From Vicugna vicugna (Eukaryota): a stretch of DNA of 64,000 nt. This document shows, one piece after another, positions 24,961 to 37,432 of the stretch. The DNA lies in the NCBI GenBank assembly GCA_013265495.1, contig MU058718.1:1612001-1676000 (forward strand), written 5' to 3'. The translations under genes and the position numbers were made by a program. The first letter of the stretch is position 1. Each line of letters begins with the position of its first letter. The notes beneath the pieces are model-generated. The model searched no databases. It was given only the letters and a program-made list of their open reading frames with translations, and was not told where the DNA came from.

Positions 24961-24999
24961 CTGGCAAAGTTTTTAAAAACTGGTCAAGCATTATGCTAT

Positions 25000-25235
25000 T
25001 TTAAGGAAAAGATAATGGCAAACAATGCTTATGTTATGATAATCTTTATATTTACACACACAAAGAAATGCACTCGACAAAAGATCTGGAAGGATATGCA
25101 TCAGACTCTTAAAGGAGTTTCTCTGGGGAGGGCAGTCTGGGGGAAAGAGCACAAGAGGACTTTCTACTCGCTATCTTTCTGTACTGTGTGAATTTTTTAC
25201 TATGCTGATGTATATGTTTGTAATATTTCAAAATT
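25000..25235 (+). mobile_element. Old L1ME 3' end
   Basis: 'aaagatctggaaggatatgcatcagactctta...tctctggggaggg...tttctgtactgtgtgaattttttac'. Confidence 0.7.
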
Positions 25236-26759
25236 TTAATGACAGATCCCAAGTTAAAAGTAATACAATTGTGGAGGTCAGAACAGACATCAGAAACAGT
25301 TCAGTGCAAATATCGGAAAGTTGGTGAGCTCTTTTCAGAAATACACTATGTTTAACTACTTGTTTACAAGAAAAGAAAACATTAAATTCAGTAGATGGGT
25401 TTGTACAAGGAGCCAGTGCGCTTTGTCTAATGACATGTATCAAGGTGTGCGTTTCTGAGTAGGTTTCAAAGGAGATCTGCCATCCTTAAAACGGCATTTT
25501 GGGCCTTTTCGGCAGCTCAAAATCGTGGGAGTCTGTGCAAGGCCATCTGCGGTATACGTTTTGGCACACGCAGTTGAACATTTGAACAGAGCAAAGATCA
25601 ATGCGAAGCCCGTTATCCTTGGGTTTGGCAAAGTGTTTAAACCTGTTTGGGTTTAAGTATTCAGAATGATGAAATGTTAGCCCGCCTGAGACCACTTCAG
25701 CCTTTTCTCAGGTGCAATCTCGACAGCTGTGTAAAGGATTTATGCAAGTTTGGATGAATTCAAACACAGGTGTAAAAGATAAAAGGCGAGTGGAACAAAT
25801 GCTCCACCTATGATCATTTTTCCATGTTTGGCCGCCTTATTTGTGCCTGTTGATTTCAGTACCCTTTCATGCAACATCTATCTTCTGAGTCATCGAAAAA
25901 CCACCACCTTACTTTAATTTATTGCTAATAAAGAATGAAATTTTGAACAAAATTATGCCTGGTTCTTCTCTCTAAACTCAATCTCTTACTCCCTCATGTT
26001 TCTCGCATCTTTTCTCCACAGCCTTCAGATGGGTCACTCTGCCTCCCTCACCTCTTTGACCTGCAGATGGACTTAGCAGATATTAAAGCGTGTCTCAGAT
26101 TGTTGCAGCAACATATTTCGTTTAATCATTTGGCTATATTCTAATTGGAAGGCTTAATATTTTGTGTCCCCAGTAGAATCTCAAGTCTAGAGTGGCACAA
26201 AGTCTGAAGTTCTTTGCTCCTTGTCACATTGAACTTAGTGTTTACTGACTGATGTCAAGTCAAAGATAACCAAATACTTAGAATCTGATTTTGAAAACTG
26301 ATACTCTATGGGAAAAAAAAATGTTGTTTAAAAGACATTAGACAAAAAAAATTTTTGTCTATAATGTTTTGTCTCAGTTTTGCATTCACCATAATATGTT
26401 AAAATGAATTCAGAATGAGATGTACCATTCTTGCTCAGATTTTGTCTAAAATCAGGAGAACACCCCAATACAATCAAGGTCTCACCATGGCAATAGATAC
26501 AAGTCGCCCAACAAAAGGGACAGCCATGCCTGACAGGTAAGCAGGGCATAAAGGAGGAAGGTCAGAACAGAAGAAGGGATAACAGTAGGAGATTGACTGC
26601 AGCTGCCCAGACTTGTTCATAAGCTCATGTGCTACACAGCCATTTCAACGTCTTCTAGAAATTCTTGGAAGTACTTTGGGGTCCTGTATTAAACAAACAA
26701 ATGAACCAGTGAAACACAGAAAAGAAACTCGGGTTATATATGCACCCATTTTTGGATGC

Positions 26760-26960
26760 TTGAAGCCGCAGACAGGATTCAGGATCCTGGATTCTACCTT
26801 AAATGACTAGTTATATAACTTCAGGAAACTCCCAACTCCTGCACCAATTTTTCTCTATGTGAAGTGGGAATAATAAATTCTATCCAATTTACTTCCGAAG
26901 CAATTATGGGGCCCAAATGAAATAAGAAACATGGAACTGTTTTTGCATTGTTGAGCACCA
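26760..26960 (+). mobile_element. MIR SINE
   Basis: 'caggatcctggattctacc...ctctatgtgaagtgggaataataa...aatgaaataag'. Confidence 0.65.
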
Positions 26961-27594
26961 CAGAGGGTAATACTGTTAGTGTCATTTCATTAGTTTATAG
27001 ACCCCAAAAATGCATAATTTTATTTTCTCATAAAATTGTTTAGGATATTATTGTTGAAGAAACTTCTTAATAGCTTAATAACTAAGGAAGAGTTTGGGCT
27101 ACTACAGTATAAATTATTCCTAAATTTACTTACTACATTTCCTCTTAATGGTCTAATTTTTGTTGTAAATGGAATTCTTAGCTACGAAATTTGGACGTTT
27201 CATATCTACTCATTTCTGGCAGTTCGTGAAAGCAGGGAACACAAATGTAATGAAACCACAAATGTAGTAGTAATTATTTACTTTTCTAACGTTTTGAAAA
27301 CTCTCTACTGCATATTTTTTAACTCTCATTTTCTACAAAAGCAATAAGGAATTATAAAGACTCACTATAAAAAAAACTCCCTACGGCTAACTTTTGCACT
27401 CAGCTGTCTGCCTGATTATCTCAAATTTTTGAACTACTGATATACAGACTTTTCAAATGTTTTGCTGCTTGCTTTTATCATGTTTGTAGATTTCCAAACA
27501 CCAAGGGTTTACAATAATTGAATCTTTCTATGTTTTTCCAAGGAGTAGACCTGAAAAGGACCTCACCAACACCTCCTTTTTTTTTTTTTTTTTG

Positions 27595-27705
27595 AAGGGA
27601 AGGAAACTGAGGTATAAAGAGACAGTAAGACTAACCCAGCAAGGTATTGGAAGAACCAGGATCAACCAAGTCTCCTGACATGGTCCTTGATCATTTCCAG
27701 AACTC
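27595..27705 (-). mobile_element. MIR fragment
   Basis: 'aggaaactgaggtataaagag...agaaccaggatcaaccaagtctcctgac'. Confidence 0.6.
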
Positions 27706-27959
27706 CAGACAGCTATGCTAATTGGACGGTTCCAAACAGAATTCACTCTCCTTTATATGCAGTAAATGATGACGAGTCTAAATTAGAGAAGATACATTTG
27801 GGTGCCACGTTGGAGGGGTGTGCTGGAATCGCAAGCTGCATCCCATGCCTGTTGAAGTCTCCCTTATAACAACAGTCATTTTCTAACATTGTCTTCTACC
27901 GTGCTCTCACCGTAGGACCTTACCAGCCTACCGACACCTTCTGGACGGGGCTCTCTAGC

Positions 27960-28190
27960 TCTCCAGACTAAATCACCACCAGACTCTCACTGCCTTCACC
28001 TCATTGTAGTTTCCTGTGCTCGCAATTGTTTCCTTGTGTCTTCCTGTCTTCCCCAACCAGACCGTAAGCGCCACAAGAGTAGGGACCCTGTCTGTGCTGC
28101 ACATCAACTGTTTCCCAGTGTCCAGAATAGTGCCTGACACTTAAAACACACTCAATAGATATTTGCTGAATGAACAAATAAATGAATGAA
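27960..28190 (+). mobile_element. L2 3' end
   Basis: 'agggaccctgtctg...cccagtgtccagaatagtgcctgacac...ctcaatagatatttgctgaatgaacaaataaatgaatgaa'. Confidence 0.85.
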
Positions 28191-29137
28191 TATGCTTCTT
28201 ACTTTGTAACTGTATCCTCACTTGCAGTTCTGCCTTAGAATTTTTGTTCCAGCCGATTTGCAGCAGCATGAATTCACCCCAAATAAGATTCTATTTGCTT
28301 TCCTAGTGCCTGGGTTGGTAATATTAATAAAATATTTCATTTGGCTTTCTTCTGTATTTATAAGAGAAAATACACTTCTGCTCGTGGGGAAAGAAATATT
28401 ATCTTTGCCCTTTAATTGGACAAGTGTACTAATTGAATCAGTGTTTCCAATTTTTGGTTTTTTTCCAATTTTTGGAAAACAAAAATTTGTCTAGTACTCA
28501 AGGGGAGATTTTTTTTTCCTTCCTTCCCAGCTTTAGTACGTCCAGACACTCTGTTGTCCTTTGCCCAGAAACCCTTTCCCAAAATGTTCCTCTTTAAAAG
28601 CTTTCAAGGACATACCAGTGCTCTTGAGCGTAAAAGGCTATTTTTAAAAGAGTGGGGAGGGGGTGGGGAGGAGGGCCTTCAACAAAACAAAATGAAAAGA
28701 TTGAAACTTCTTGCCTATTCAACTTGTCCACTTGGCTGCTGTTAAGATACGATGGCTCTGTCTACCCCACTTATTGTGGGATAGACACACTCAATGGCTC
28801 CTACTCGTCACAAGAAATTGAGTTTTCTGCAACACCGCCCTCGCCTACTTAATGGGGACCTTTGAAAACCAATGCAGAGCAGAGACGACTGCAACAAATA
28901 TTCCTTGTTGAATCAATTAACATCTAGCGCTAGGATGCTGACTTCTAACTTTGCACGTAGTAAAACCCGAGCCAGCGAAGGCAAGGAGAGGATGACGTTC
29001 CCCTGGCACCTTTTCTTTTGAAGCGACCCCAAACCTTAAAGCCTGCATTTCATTTGGGAAAGTCTTTTGCTAAAACCACTCCCCATGTGCAGCCCATCTG
29101 GAGGACTATAATCTAGTCTTGCCTGCAGCGAACCGAC

Positions 29138-29315
29138 AATAATGATGCTTGCCTTTCATCACGGATCCCCGAGCACTAGACAAACATTAATTAATGCCCC
29201 CAACACACCTGTGAGGTAGGAAAGTATTATTTTCCCTGGCTCACAGATGAGGGACTCCAGACACCAAGAGGTTAAACGGCTTGCCTTAGGCCACAGAGTG
29301 AGCTCAGAATAACGA
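29138..29315 (-). mobile_element. Ancient CORE-SINE (MIR1_Amn-like)
   Basis: 'gcctttcatcacggatccccgagcactagacaaacattaattaatgcccccaacacacctgtgaggtaggaaagtattatt...acagatgaggga' resembles the amniote MIR tail plus core. Confidence 0.7.
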
Positions 29316-29959
29316 ACTTTCCACGAGCCCTCGGCCCTCCTTAAAAACTTTGCAGTCAGCCCCCTGAGCGGAACCGTTTCTGGACAAGGTAAGCTGTAGC
29401 CAGCGCCTTTATCTTTTTCACAGTAAATTTAGACCCCATTCCAGCCCATAAACGAACTCCTTGCCCAAGGGTCTTAAAATGTAGAAACAGTAAGAGAATC
29501 TGGAGTATCATCTTTCGGCCCCCTTCAGACAGTATCCTTTAATCGTAGTGTCTGACAGAAAACAGTCAACTTGCCACACCCAAACCGCAGACAGCATCTT
29601 TCTGAGTGCCTACTGTGTGCCAGGCGCTGTGACTTCAGGGCCGGCTCCCGTCTCCTTTCCAGAGAACTCATGTGTGACTCCAGTAAAATAATGATTGCAA
29701 CTCTGGGGTCAGGTGGAAATTAGAAACCAAGGTGGACTTCTCTCCCACCCGAAGTTTGGCAAAAGGGATTGAAAAACCTCCAGAGAATCCCCAAAGTGAA
29801 TGACATGATCATTACACACCAGGACAGCCTTCCTGCTAAAGTCACAAAGTCTTGCAGCCCGCCCAACTTTCAAGTAGCCTGTGAACATTTCCACCAACAT
29901 GTACAATCCTAGTTCTATGAATAAGAAAAACTATGTTTCGTCACTAATTGATTTTTCTA

Positions 29960-30145
29960 GGTTCCAAGCTTTGCATAAAATATCACGTTTAATTTTTGCC
30001 ATAACTTTCAAAGAAATTTAGTCTCTCTCTCTCATTTTACAAATGAAGAAATGAGGCTCAGCATGCCTGATAACTTGCTGTAGTAAGTGCCAGAAGCAGC
30101 ACTGAAAACCAGGTCTGGCCACCAAAGCCCATACTCTTAACCATA
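29960..30145 (-). mobile_element. MIR SINE
   Basis: 'cattttacaaatgaagaaatgaggctcag...aaaaccaggtctggccaccaaagcccatactcttaacca'. Confidence 0.8.
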
Positions 30146-30557
30146 ATATTTTACTACTTCTTTACAAAGGATAAATGAGGATTCCCTTAATTGGCCATCT
30201 CTTCTTTTACTTTCTTTAGTCTCTTAGCACCGTCTATGGAGGCTTTTGAGTAGCACCCACAACTTGAGAATGAACCTAAATGCCAGAATTCCCCATCAAC
30301 ATCTCTGCTCCCCACTGGCCCACCAGTAGTCTGCACCACAGCCACACTTTGAGCTTTCAGGCTTTTGCTGACCAAACCCTGAGAAGTCAGTCTTTTTATT
30401 CTGCTACATTAAAAAATTCCTGTTTACAGTCAACCTTCCTTATTCAAGGAGCACTGGAACCATTTTCATCCTGTGGACCTCAAATCCAGTTTGAGCCCTG
30501 ATATCAACCGGACCTCAAGCTTCTTTGTAGTAACTGGTTCATTTCTTCATCCATTCA

Positions 30558-31120
30558 TGTATCAGTTTAGGCTGCAGGTATCAAGTTAACCAAGTCAAAC
30601 TCACAAACAATAAAAAGGATTTTTTGGTTGACTAAGTGAAAGGCCAGCAGTAATGTGGGCTTCAGGTATGGTGTGATCAGACTCTGCTCTCAGATTTGTT
30701 CTCTGTTGTCACATTGTTCCTTAGACTGACTCTTGTCCTGGTTGAAAGATGATTCTTGGTAGCAATTAGTTTCCAGTTTCCAGTTTCCCTGTTCTTTTCC
30801 AGGGCATGGTGAAGAGAGGTGGCAGGGGAGAGGGAGAAAGAGAAAGAGAAAGAGACGGAGGTGGGGGTGAGATCCCTGTCAAAATCACTGATTGAAAACT
30901 ATGACCTCTGTGCTGAAGACCACCTCAGAACCATGTTAAGGCTAGAGGACAGACCAGTGCACCAAAGGGCTCAGGCCTGGGTTACCTGATCCAATCACTG
31001 TGCCAAGAAGGGACTGGATTATCTGAATTGTCTTAAATCAAACCCACCCCATTCTTACAGCTGCAACACAGTGGTGCAGGGGTAGTTCCCCTAATGAAAA
31101 TCTGGAGAATGTGAGGAAGA
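30558..31120 (-). mobile_element. MLT1 (MaLR) LTR, old subfamily
   Basis: 'tgtatcagtttaggctgcagg...tgtgggcttcaggtatggtgtgatcag...ccaatcactgtgccaag'. Confidence 0.7.
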
Positions 31121-31711
31121 AGGAAAAGAGGACTGAGTGCTGGGTCACCAGAGGGGTAGACTGCAGAGGACATTCAGGTTGACATTCAGCCCACTCTGAC
31201 ACTTTGTGCCAATCCTTTTCCATAGTTCTCTGGGTCCCACTTTCCAGGACCCAATGTGACATGAACTCCTTTTCTGGGCAAGTTTTTCTCTGACCCAACT
31301 TAGGTGGATGAGTTCAGATTTTTGCATGTCCTTATTCAGTTACACTGGATTTTATTTAATATTCCAGGGCAAAATGAATTATTGTGTATTCCTAGTACTT
31401 AATGATGCATTTGACCCAGTTTGTCTTCCTTCAAAACGGCAAATTCCCCTTTGCCCCTTCAGCCTTGACTTTCTTCTCTGAATGGTTTTCTAACCGAGCA
31501 TCCTCCAGCATCTCCTACTTCAGTCAAAACCTGATTTGAATTAGAGTACAACGTAGTTCCTATGTATTTTTTATATTTTTACAGGTCTATGTCAGTAACT
31601 GTGTATGCTTAGAAGAAAAATATGTGTAAGTGGGCACTTTAATGCTTTTCAATGAAAGAATGATGATGTACTGATTTGATAATTTGAAACAGTACAATGA
31701 GGATACGTTTG

Positions 31712-31930
31712 CCATTTATTAAACACTTACTATGTTGCAGGAACCATACTAACCACATTAAATTATATCATCACATTTAAATCACATAATGACCCCATGA
31801 AGCAGGAGCTATCATTACCCACATTTTATAGATGAGTAAAGCAAGAAGTTAAACGATTGTCAAAGATCATGCAGCTAGTAAGTGGTAGAGTCAGGATCTG
31901 ATCCTCAGTCTGGATGGCACCAAAACTCTA
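31712..31930 (-). mobile_element. MIR SINE
   Basis: 'ccatttattaaacacttactatg...cccacattttatagatgag...gctagtaagtggtagagtcaggat'. Confidence 0.85.
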
Positions 31931-33036
31931 AGCAGTGGTACCTTACCTGTAGTCACAAAGGTTACCTGCCTGGAGCTGCACAGTCGATCTCAGATTGAAT
32001 GGGAGGGAAATACATAAGAAAAAAAGTCAATGCAGAACTTCCTTTTTTCGCCTTTGGGAAATAATCAGAGCTTCTCATATACTTCCCTGTTATCTGTCAA
32101 GTATTCATCTCTAGAATCCAAGCAGAGAGCCAGGGAGACCCCTTCACTGAAAATTTCATAAACTAGAAATTCCACTTGCCCAGAAAATTCCAGCATCTGG
32201 TATAACACTATACTATAAAATAGGTGTGGTCTCTTAACAAAGATCTTGGGCTGTTTTGGAATTCTAGCATCATTTTCTAAATCTGAAAGCAGTCTTTAAA
32301 GGCAGGTTCCCTGACGTACATATAAAAGGCCAAAGTCCCCAGCTTCCCCTCACCAGCTCTTGCCAATCTTCTGCTCACAGTGCAGAGTTAGAAAAGAAGC
32401 AGGGTCCACCTTGCTAGTAACAGCCGCACGCTGAGGGCTGATTATAGAACACGTGACGGTCAAGCCTCCAGCAAAGGATATTTGTTTTTGCCATTTACAG
32501 TTTTGCAGTGGCTGCAGGGAGACTGGGAAAGGGCTCCCGAATGCACAGCCATGCTCACACTGTGCCACCTGTAGGCAGAACCCGGGAATCTCAGTGAACA
32601 CCTGAGACATGGGAAGGAGGCCTGTTATTCACCAGAAATGAGGAGCCAAGCCTGGAACTGAGTGGGGCCATTGAGACAATAGCACAAGGTCAAGGGTCAA
32701 GCTTGTGGGGGGTGGAAGAGGAGCAAAGCTCCCACCCACAGCTTCTGAGCGCTGCTCCCAAAAGACACCAGTCTGTATTTCCACCTTCCATGTTTTAAGG
32801 CCCTAAAATATTCTAGTGTGATACCTTCAAGGTAAATGTGTTTGGGCATATTCTTATTGTGGGGGAGGGTGGTAGGGGTGGTGTTTTAACCTTTTTTTCA
32901 ATTTTCACTCTCCCTGAGAGGTAGCTTCAGTTAGCTATAACTGGCTTCACCAACCCGTTGATCACTTTCAGTATTCAAATGTTGCTCAAACCCAGAAATG
33001 TGGATTCATTCTTTGAGTTTGTGTCAAACTCTGATT

Positions 33037-33243
33037 CAGAGCTGTCCTATTCATTTTGGTAGCCACAAGCTACATGTAGCTACTGAAGTTTGATTAAAAA
33101 CAAGTAAAGTTTAAAATGCAGCTCTTCAGTCACAAAAGTCTCATTTCAAGTACTCAGTAGCCATTTGTGACTAGTGGCTTCCACAGAGATAACCCAGATA
33201 TAGGACATTACATCGCCGCAGAAAGTTACGCTGAACTGTGCGG
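33037..33243. mobile_element. MER3 hAT-Charlie MITE
   Basis: 'gctgtcc...ggtagccacaagctacatgtagcta...catttcaagtactcagtagccatttgtgactagtggct...catcgccgcagaaagtt'. Confidence 0.85.
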
Positions 33244-33424
33244 GCCTCTAGTCTAGATCACCAGCGTAAGAGATTGCACTACTGAGAGGTTAAGGCTGCA
33301 TATTACAGATACTGACTCTGAAATTCACCACCTAACTGTCTGAGAGAGTCTGAGTTATAGTTTCGTGGATGCACAATTACCCATGAGCTGGTCCTTCAGT
33401 TCAAGTATGACTTCCTACTAGTTA

Positions 33425-33898
33425 CATGTAGCCAGAATTAAATTCAGCTGCATGTGACACAAACACAAAAACACACAAAGTTCTCTATCGTGTCAAAGTT
33501 CCAGAGATCCTCAGTCCAACGCGGGTTCGGTAATTCAGTTAATCCAGTAGGGACCCCAGCTTCTTCCCACTTCCTGTTGTGTCCCCCCAGAGGATGGACT
33601 TCGGTGGCCTGGTCTAGGATAGTGCCTAGAGTTTCGTCTTTATATCTGCCTTCCAGCCAGCTGGAGGGAGAAAAAGGAAGGAGATGGTAGGTCCTTTCTC
33701 TTAAGGACAGTCCCTTAGGTCAAAAACCACCTTTTTACTTGCATCCTACCATCCAAAATGTAAACACATGGCCACACCTGGCTGCAAGCAAAAGTAGGGA
33801 ACGTGGGCTTTATTCTTGCGGCCATAAAGTGAGGGATTTTATTACTATGGAAGGAAAAGAGAATGACTATTGGAAAATAACCAGGAGCCTTTGCCACA
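33425..33898 (-). mobile_element. MLT1 (MaLR) LTR (MLT1J-like)
   Basis: 'cacatggccacacctggctgcaag...gggctttattc...aagagaatgactattgga...tttgccaca'. Confidence 0.75.
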
Positions 33899-34854
33899 CT
33901 AACAGTGTTGAAAAATGGTAAAATGGAGAAATCAAAAGAGATCCAAGAGAATTAATTTTCCTAAATGCAAGAAATATTGGTAAAGAGTTGAAAGGAAATA
34001 CTGAAAAGTATTTTTAAAAATATGAAAATCTCTGAGTTTTTGGTGATTTTCAATGATCTATAGTTTCTTGGTGGCTTCCTAAGTGCTGGAATTTAAGGAA
34101 GACCTCCCCTTCCTAAACTCTCCTCCCCAGTGCTCAGAATTCTAAGGTAACCTTCTCACGTGGCTTGAAATGCCATCAACTACAGATTCATTTCTGTTAA
34201 CGAGGTCTCTACAAAATGCAAACATTCCAGGGAATGGTAAGAATATCTACTCATTCTCAATTTATTATGAGTTAGTTAAGTTCAACTTTTGAGCTTCAAT
34301 GATAGAGGAATTTGAAATTTGGAATTGGAATTTTGTAGGGAATGGGGAGAACGAGAAGAAATTTGGTGGCATTTAGATTGGGAAGACTTCAGGAGAAGAG
34401 CATTCTGGGTGTTCCATAGAGTGGTCGAGGGCAGCTAAATCAGTATCAGATCATTGGAAACTTGGGGGGAAGAGAAGGGAAGGTCAGGAGGAGAGAACTG
34501 AGGCGAAGAGAGGATGACAGCCACCGATGTGAAGTGAGAGCTGAGGGGGCAACAAAAATGAATTTCATTACCTTGAAATTTTGCCTAGAGTTGACCATGA
34601 AAAGTACAATATTTCCATGTTTCTTTGCAAATATGCATGGATACAAACTTTTTTTTTCTACTTAGAAATTAAAAGGTTAGGTTAGACTGCAGGGCTCATT
34701 TACGCTTACATTTTATTTACACTCAGCAGAGCAAAAGAAATTCTATTATCAGAACTAAAACGTCCCTTTCTTACTGTGCTGGAGCTATGTTAACTCATCC
34801 ACTTTTGATTTGAATGTAGTGGTCATTTCTCCTAGAGTCCACCTGAAGACAGTA

Positions 34855-35092
34855 ATGACAACAATAACATTTAACAAGAACTTTGAGGAAGGCACTATCC
34901 TAAGTGCGTAACCTCTATTATTTCGTTTAATCTTCACAACATCTCTCTGAGGTAGATATTATTATAGTCATTTACAGAGAAGACTGAGCATCAGAAAGGT
35001 TAAGTGACTGGCCTGATACAACAGAGCTGGAAGTGTAGAGTCCGGCTCCAGACCTATAAAGTCAAGATCCAGATTCTGTGCTCTTAACCCTG
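34855..35092 (-). mobile_element. MIR SINE
   Basis: 'tttaatcttcacaacatctctctgaggtagatattatta...ggttaagtgactggcc...gtgctcttaacc'. Confidence 0.8.
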
Positions 35093-35390
35093 ATACTCAT
35101 ACAGATCTCTCCCTACTTGGGGTTTCTTTAAAATATCAGTGATGCACACTGAGATCAACAGTGACACATGAACCGACCATAGGCTGAACTCCTTCCTCAA
35201 AAAGGCACTCTCCCTGGGATCGACGTGACTTCTGACTGCCTCACGTGTTCACTGTGGAGATGGGCTGCCACTGCCTCCTACCACTGTCCTCAGTGTCTTT
35301 CCCTCCTCTCCCCTGCCTCGAGCTCCCCACCACAACCACCCTCACCACCACACCGCCTCCAGACAGCAACTGAGGTGTTTTCTGTCAATG

Positions 35391-35404
35391 GTGTCACCTA
35401 GTGG
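35391..35404 (-). promoter_or_regulatory. CTCF motif
   Basis: Minus-strand CCACTAGGTGACAC matches CCASYAGRKGGCRS at 13/14. Confidence 0.45.
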
Positions 35405-35654
35405 TCAGAAAGAGGAACTCGTTTATTAAGGGTCCCTCTTCTATGCCCTATCCCATTTCCCTCTCCTCAGGTTTTCTCGGCAGAACATATTCCCCTCTTT
35501 TAAGTCTTCTCTCACAGGTCATTCAGTTCTACCTTAAATGATCTTTTTGATTTCTACGTATTCACCCCCTTGAACTCCCTTTCTTCTCCTCTCTCTCTCT
35601 GAAGGAAGATCTCTCCCCAGCTCATCATTTTACTAGCTGAAAAGTCAACCTGAT

Positions 35655-35885
35655 TATTAGTGGACAGTCAGCTCTGGAGGGAGACAGGACTGGATTTGAA
35701 TTTCAGACCCATCACTTGTTAATGAGAGGTGTTGGGCAAATTACATAACCTCTCTAAATCTCAGTTTTCAAATCTATTAAATGGAGAGGAATTGCCTACC
35801 TCAAAGAGGTGTTACTGGAAATAAGATTAAAATAAACTTAAGGAAAGCACTAATGCCTATCTGCACATAGTGGGTATTAATGACT
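35655..35885 (+). mobile_element. MIR SINE
   Basis: 'ctggatttgaatttcag...ttgggcaaattacataacctctctaaatctcagttttc...cctacctcaaagagg'. Confidence 0.8.
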
Positions 35886-36699
35886 ATCACTCATTCCTGT
35901 GCCATCGTCAGTAATGCATAAAGTAATTATGCTGTTTAAAAAAAAAAGGGAAAACCATACCATTTAGGTTAAATTGGTTTTACTAAAGAACCAATGTCTG
36001 TAATACCTATATTTTTTTAAGTGAAGTCCATTCCAAAGCTCTGTACAAACTAACTTCATAATGAAATATGAGCTTGTAAAGTTTCTCATTTTGTGCTATT
36101 CTGACATTTCTTGTGATGTGATTAAAATATAATAAGCTCAAATAGAAAATGCCACTTTACTGAGATATAATTGACACACAACATGCTAAAATCCTTTAAA
36201 TAAATTTCCAACAAAATCTGCACAAGCCTCCACCTACTTGCTGTTTCTTCTTTTTGTGATAAATGTATTTCTTCTAAATGATGGATACATCAAATATTTA
36301 TGGGATAGCCTGGGTATGTGCCATCATTTACAAACACTATTTCTATGCAAAAATGCACTCCAAACTTTAAAGAATTAGAAATTAGAAATTTCTTCTAGTT
36401 TTGGTTTTAAAATTATGAAAAAGCTATAAAGTAAATGAAAAGAGTACATTTTTTTTCTAATGGAAGCCAGGACTTCTAAGTGGGTCTGCTCACAAAACAA
36501 TGGAATCTTTTTGCTGATACACTGCAGAAAAATGTTAAAATTCAACCTGCTCCAAGAAGCACTGATTGTCTTTAAGCATAGTTTGTCATCTCAGTTACAC
36601 ATGTGACTCATAAAACAGATCCAGCTACAGGAGCCTGCGATCTAGCATTTGGGAATGTGTGTAAATTACTAGCATTTATTATTTACCAAAATGTAATGT

Positions 36700-37340
36700 T
36701 ACAAAGGAAATTCAGTGGGAAAGGAGTAATCATTTCAACAAATGGTAGTGGAATTGGACCTCTAACTGCAAAAGAATGAAACTTCACCCCATACTTCATG
36801 CCAAATGTAAAAACTAACCTAAAATGGACTCTAACCTAAATGTGAAAACTAAAACTATAAGCCTCTGGAAGAAAATATAGAAGAAAGTCTTATGACCTTT
36901 GGTTAGGTAATGATTTCTTAGACGTGGCACAAAGAGTATGATACACAAAAGAAAAAGCTGATAAATTGAACTTCATCAAAATTGAAAACTTCTGTTCGTC
37001 AAAAGACACTACAGAGAAAATATGTCCAAGACACATATCTAATAAAGCACATGAATCCAAAATATATGAAGAATCCTCAAAATGCAATAATAAAAACAAG
37101 CAAACCAACTTAAAACTTGGGCAAAAGATTTCAACCCTTCCCCAAAGAAGATATACAAATGCTAACTACACACATTCAAAGATGCTCAACATCATTAGTC
37201 AATAGGTAAATGCAAATTAAAACCATGATAAGATACCACAATACTTCTATTAGATTGGGGGTGGGGCTAAACTGAAAAAAAAAAAAGAACTGACAATACC
37301 AAGTGCTAACACAGATGCAGAGCAATTAGAAATTCATTGA
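36700..37340 (+). mobile_element. Old L1M ORF2 3' fragment
   Basis: ORF 36966-37205 contains NFIKIENFCSSKDT; also 'aaatgcaaattaaaaccatgataagataccac' and 'ctgacaataccaagtg'. Confidence 0.85.
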
Positions 37341-37432
37341 CTCAGAGTATTAGAGTTGTTAGGAAATCTCAGAATCAATCACCTAGACTTATCAATCACC
37401 TAGAAATTGCTTCATTTAAAAATAAATAAATG

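Noticed and set aside
28444..28476. Short tandem duplications (ttccaatttttgg twice; also atcaatcacctaga twice near 37373-37404)
   Set aside because: These are ordinary slippage duplications with no spacer-array structure.
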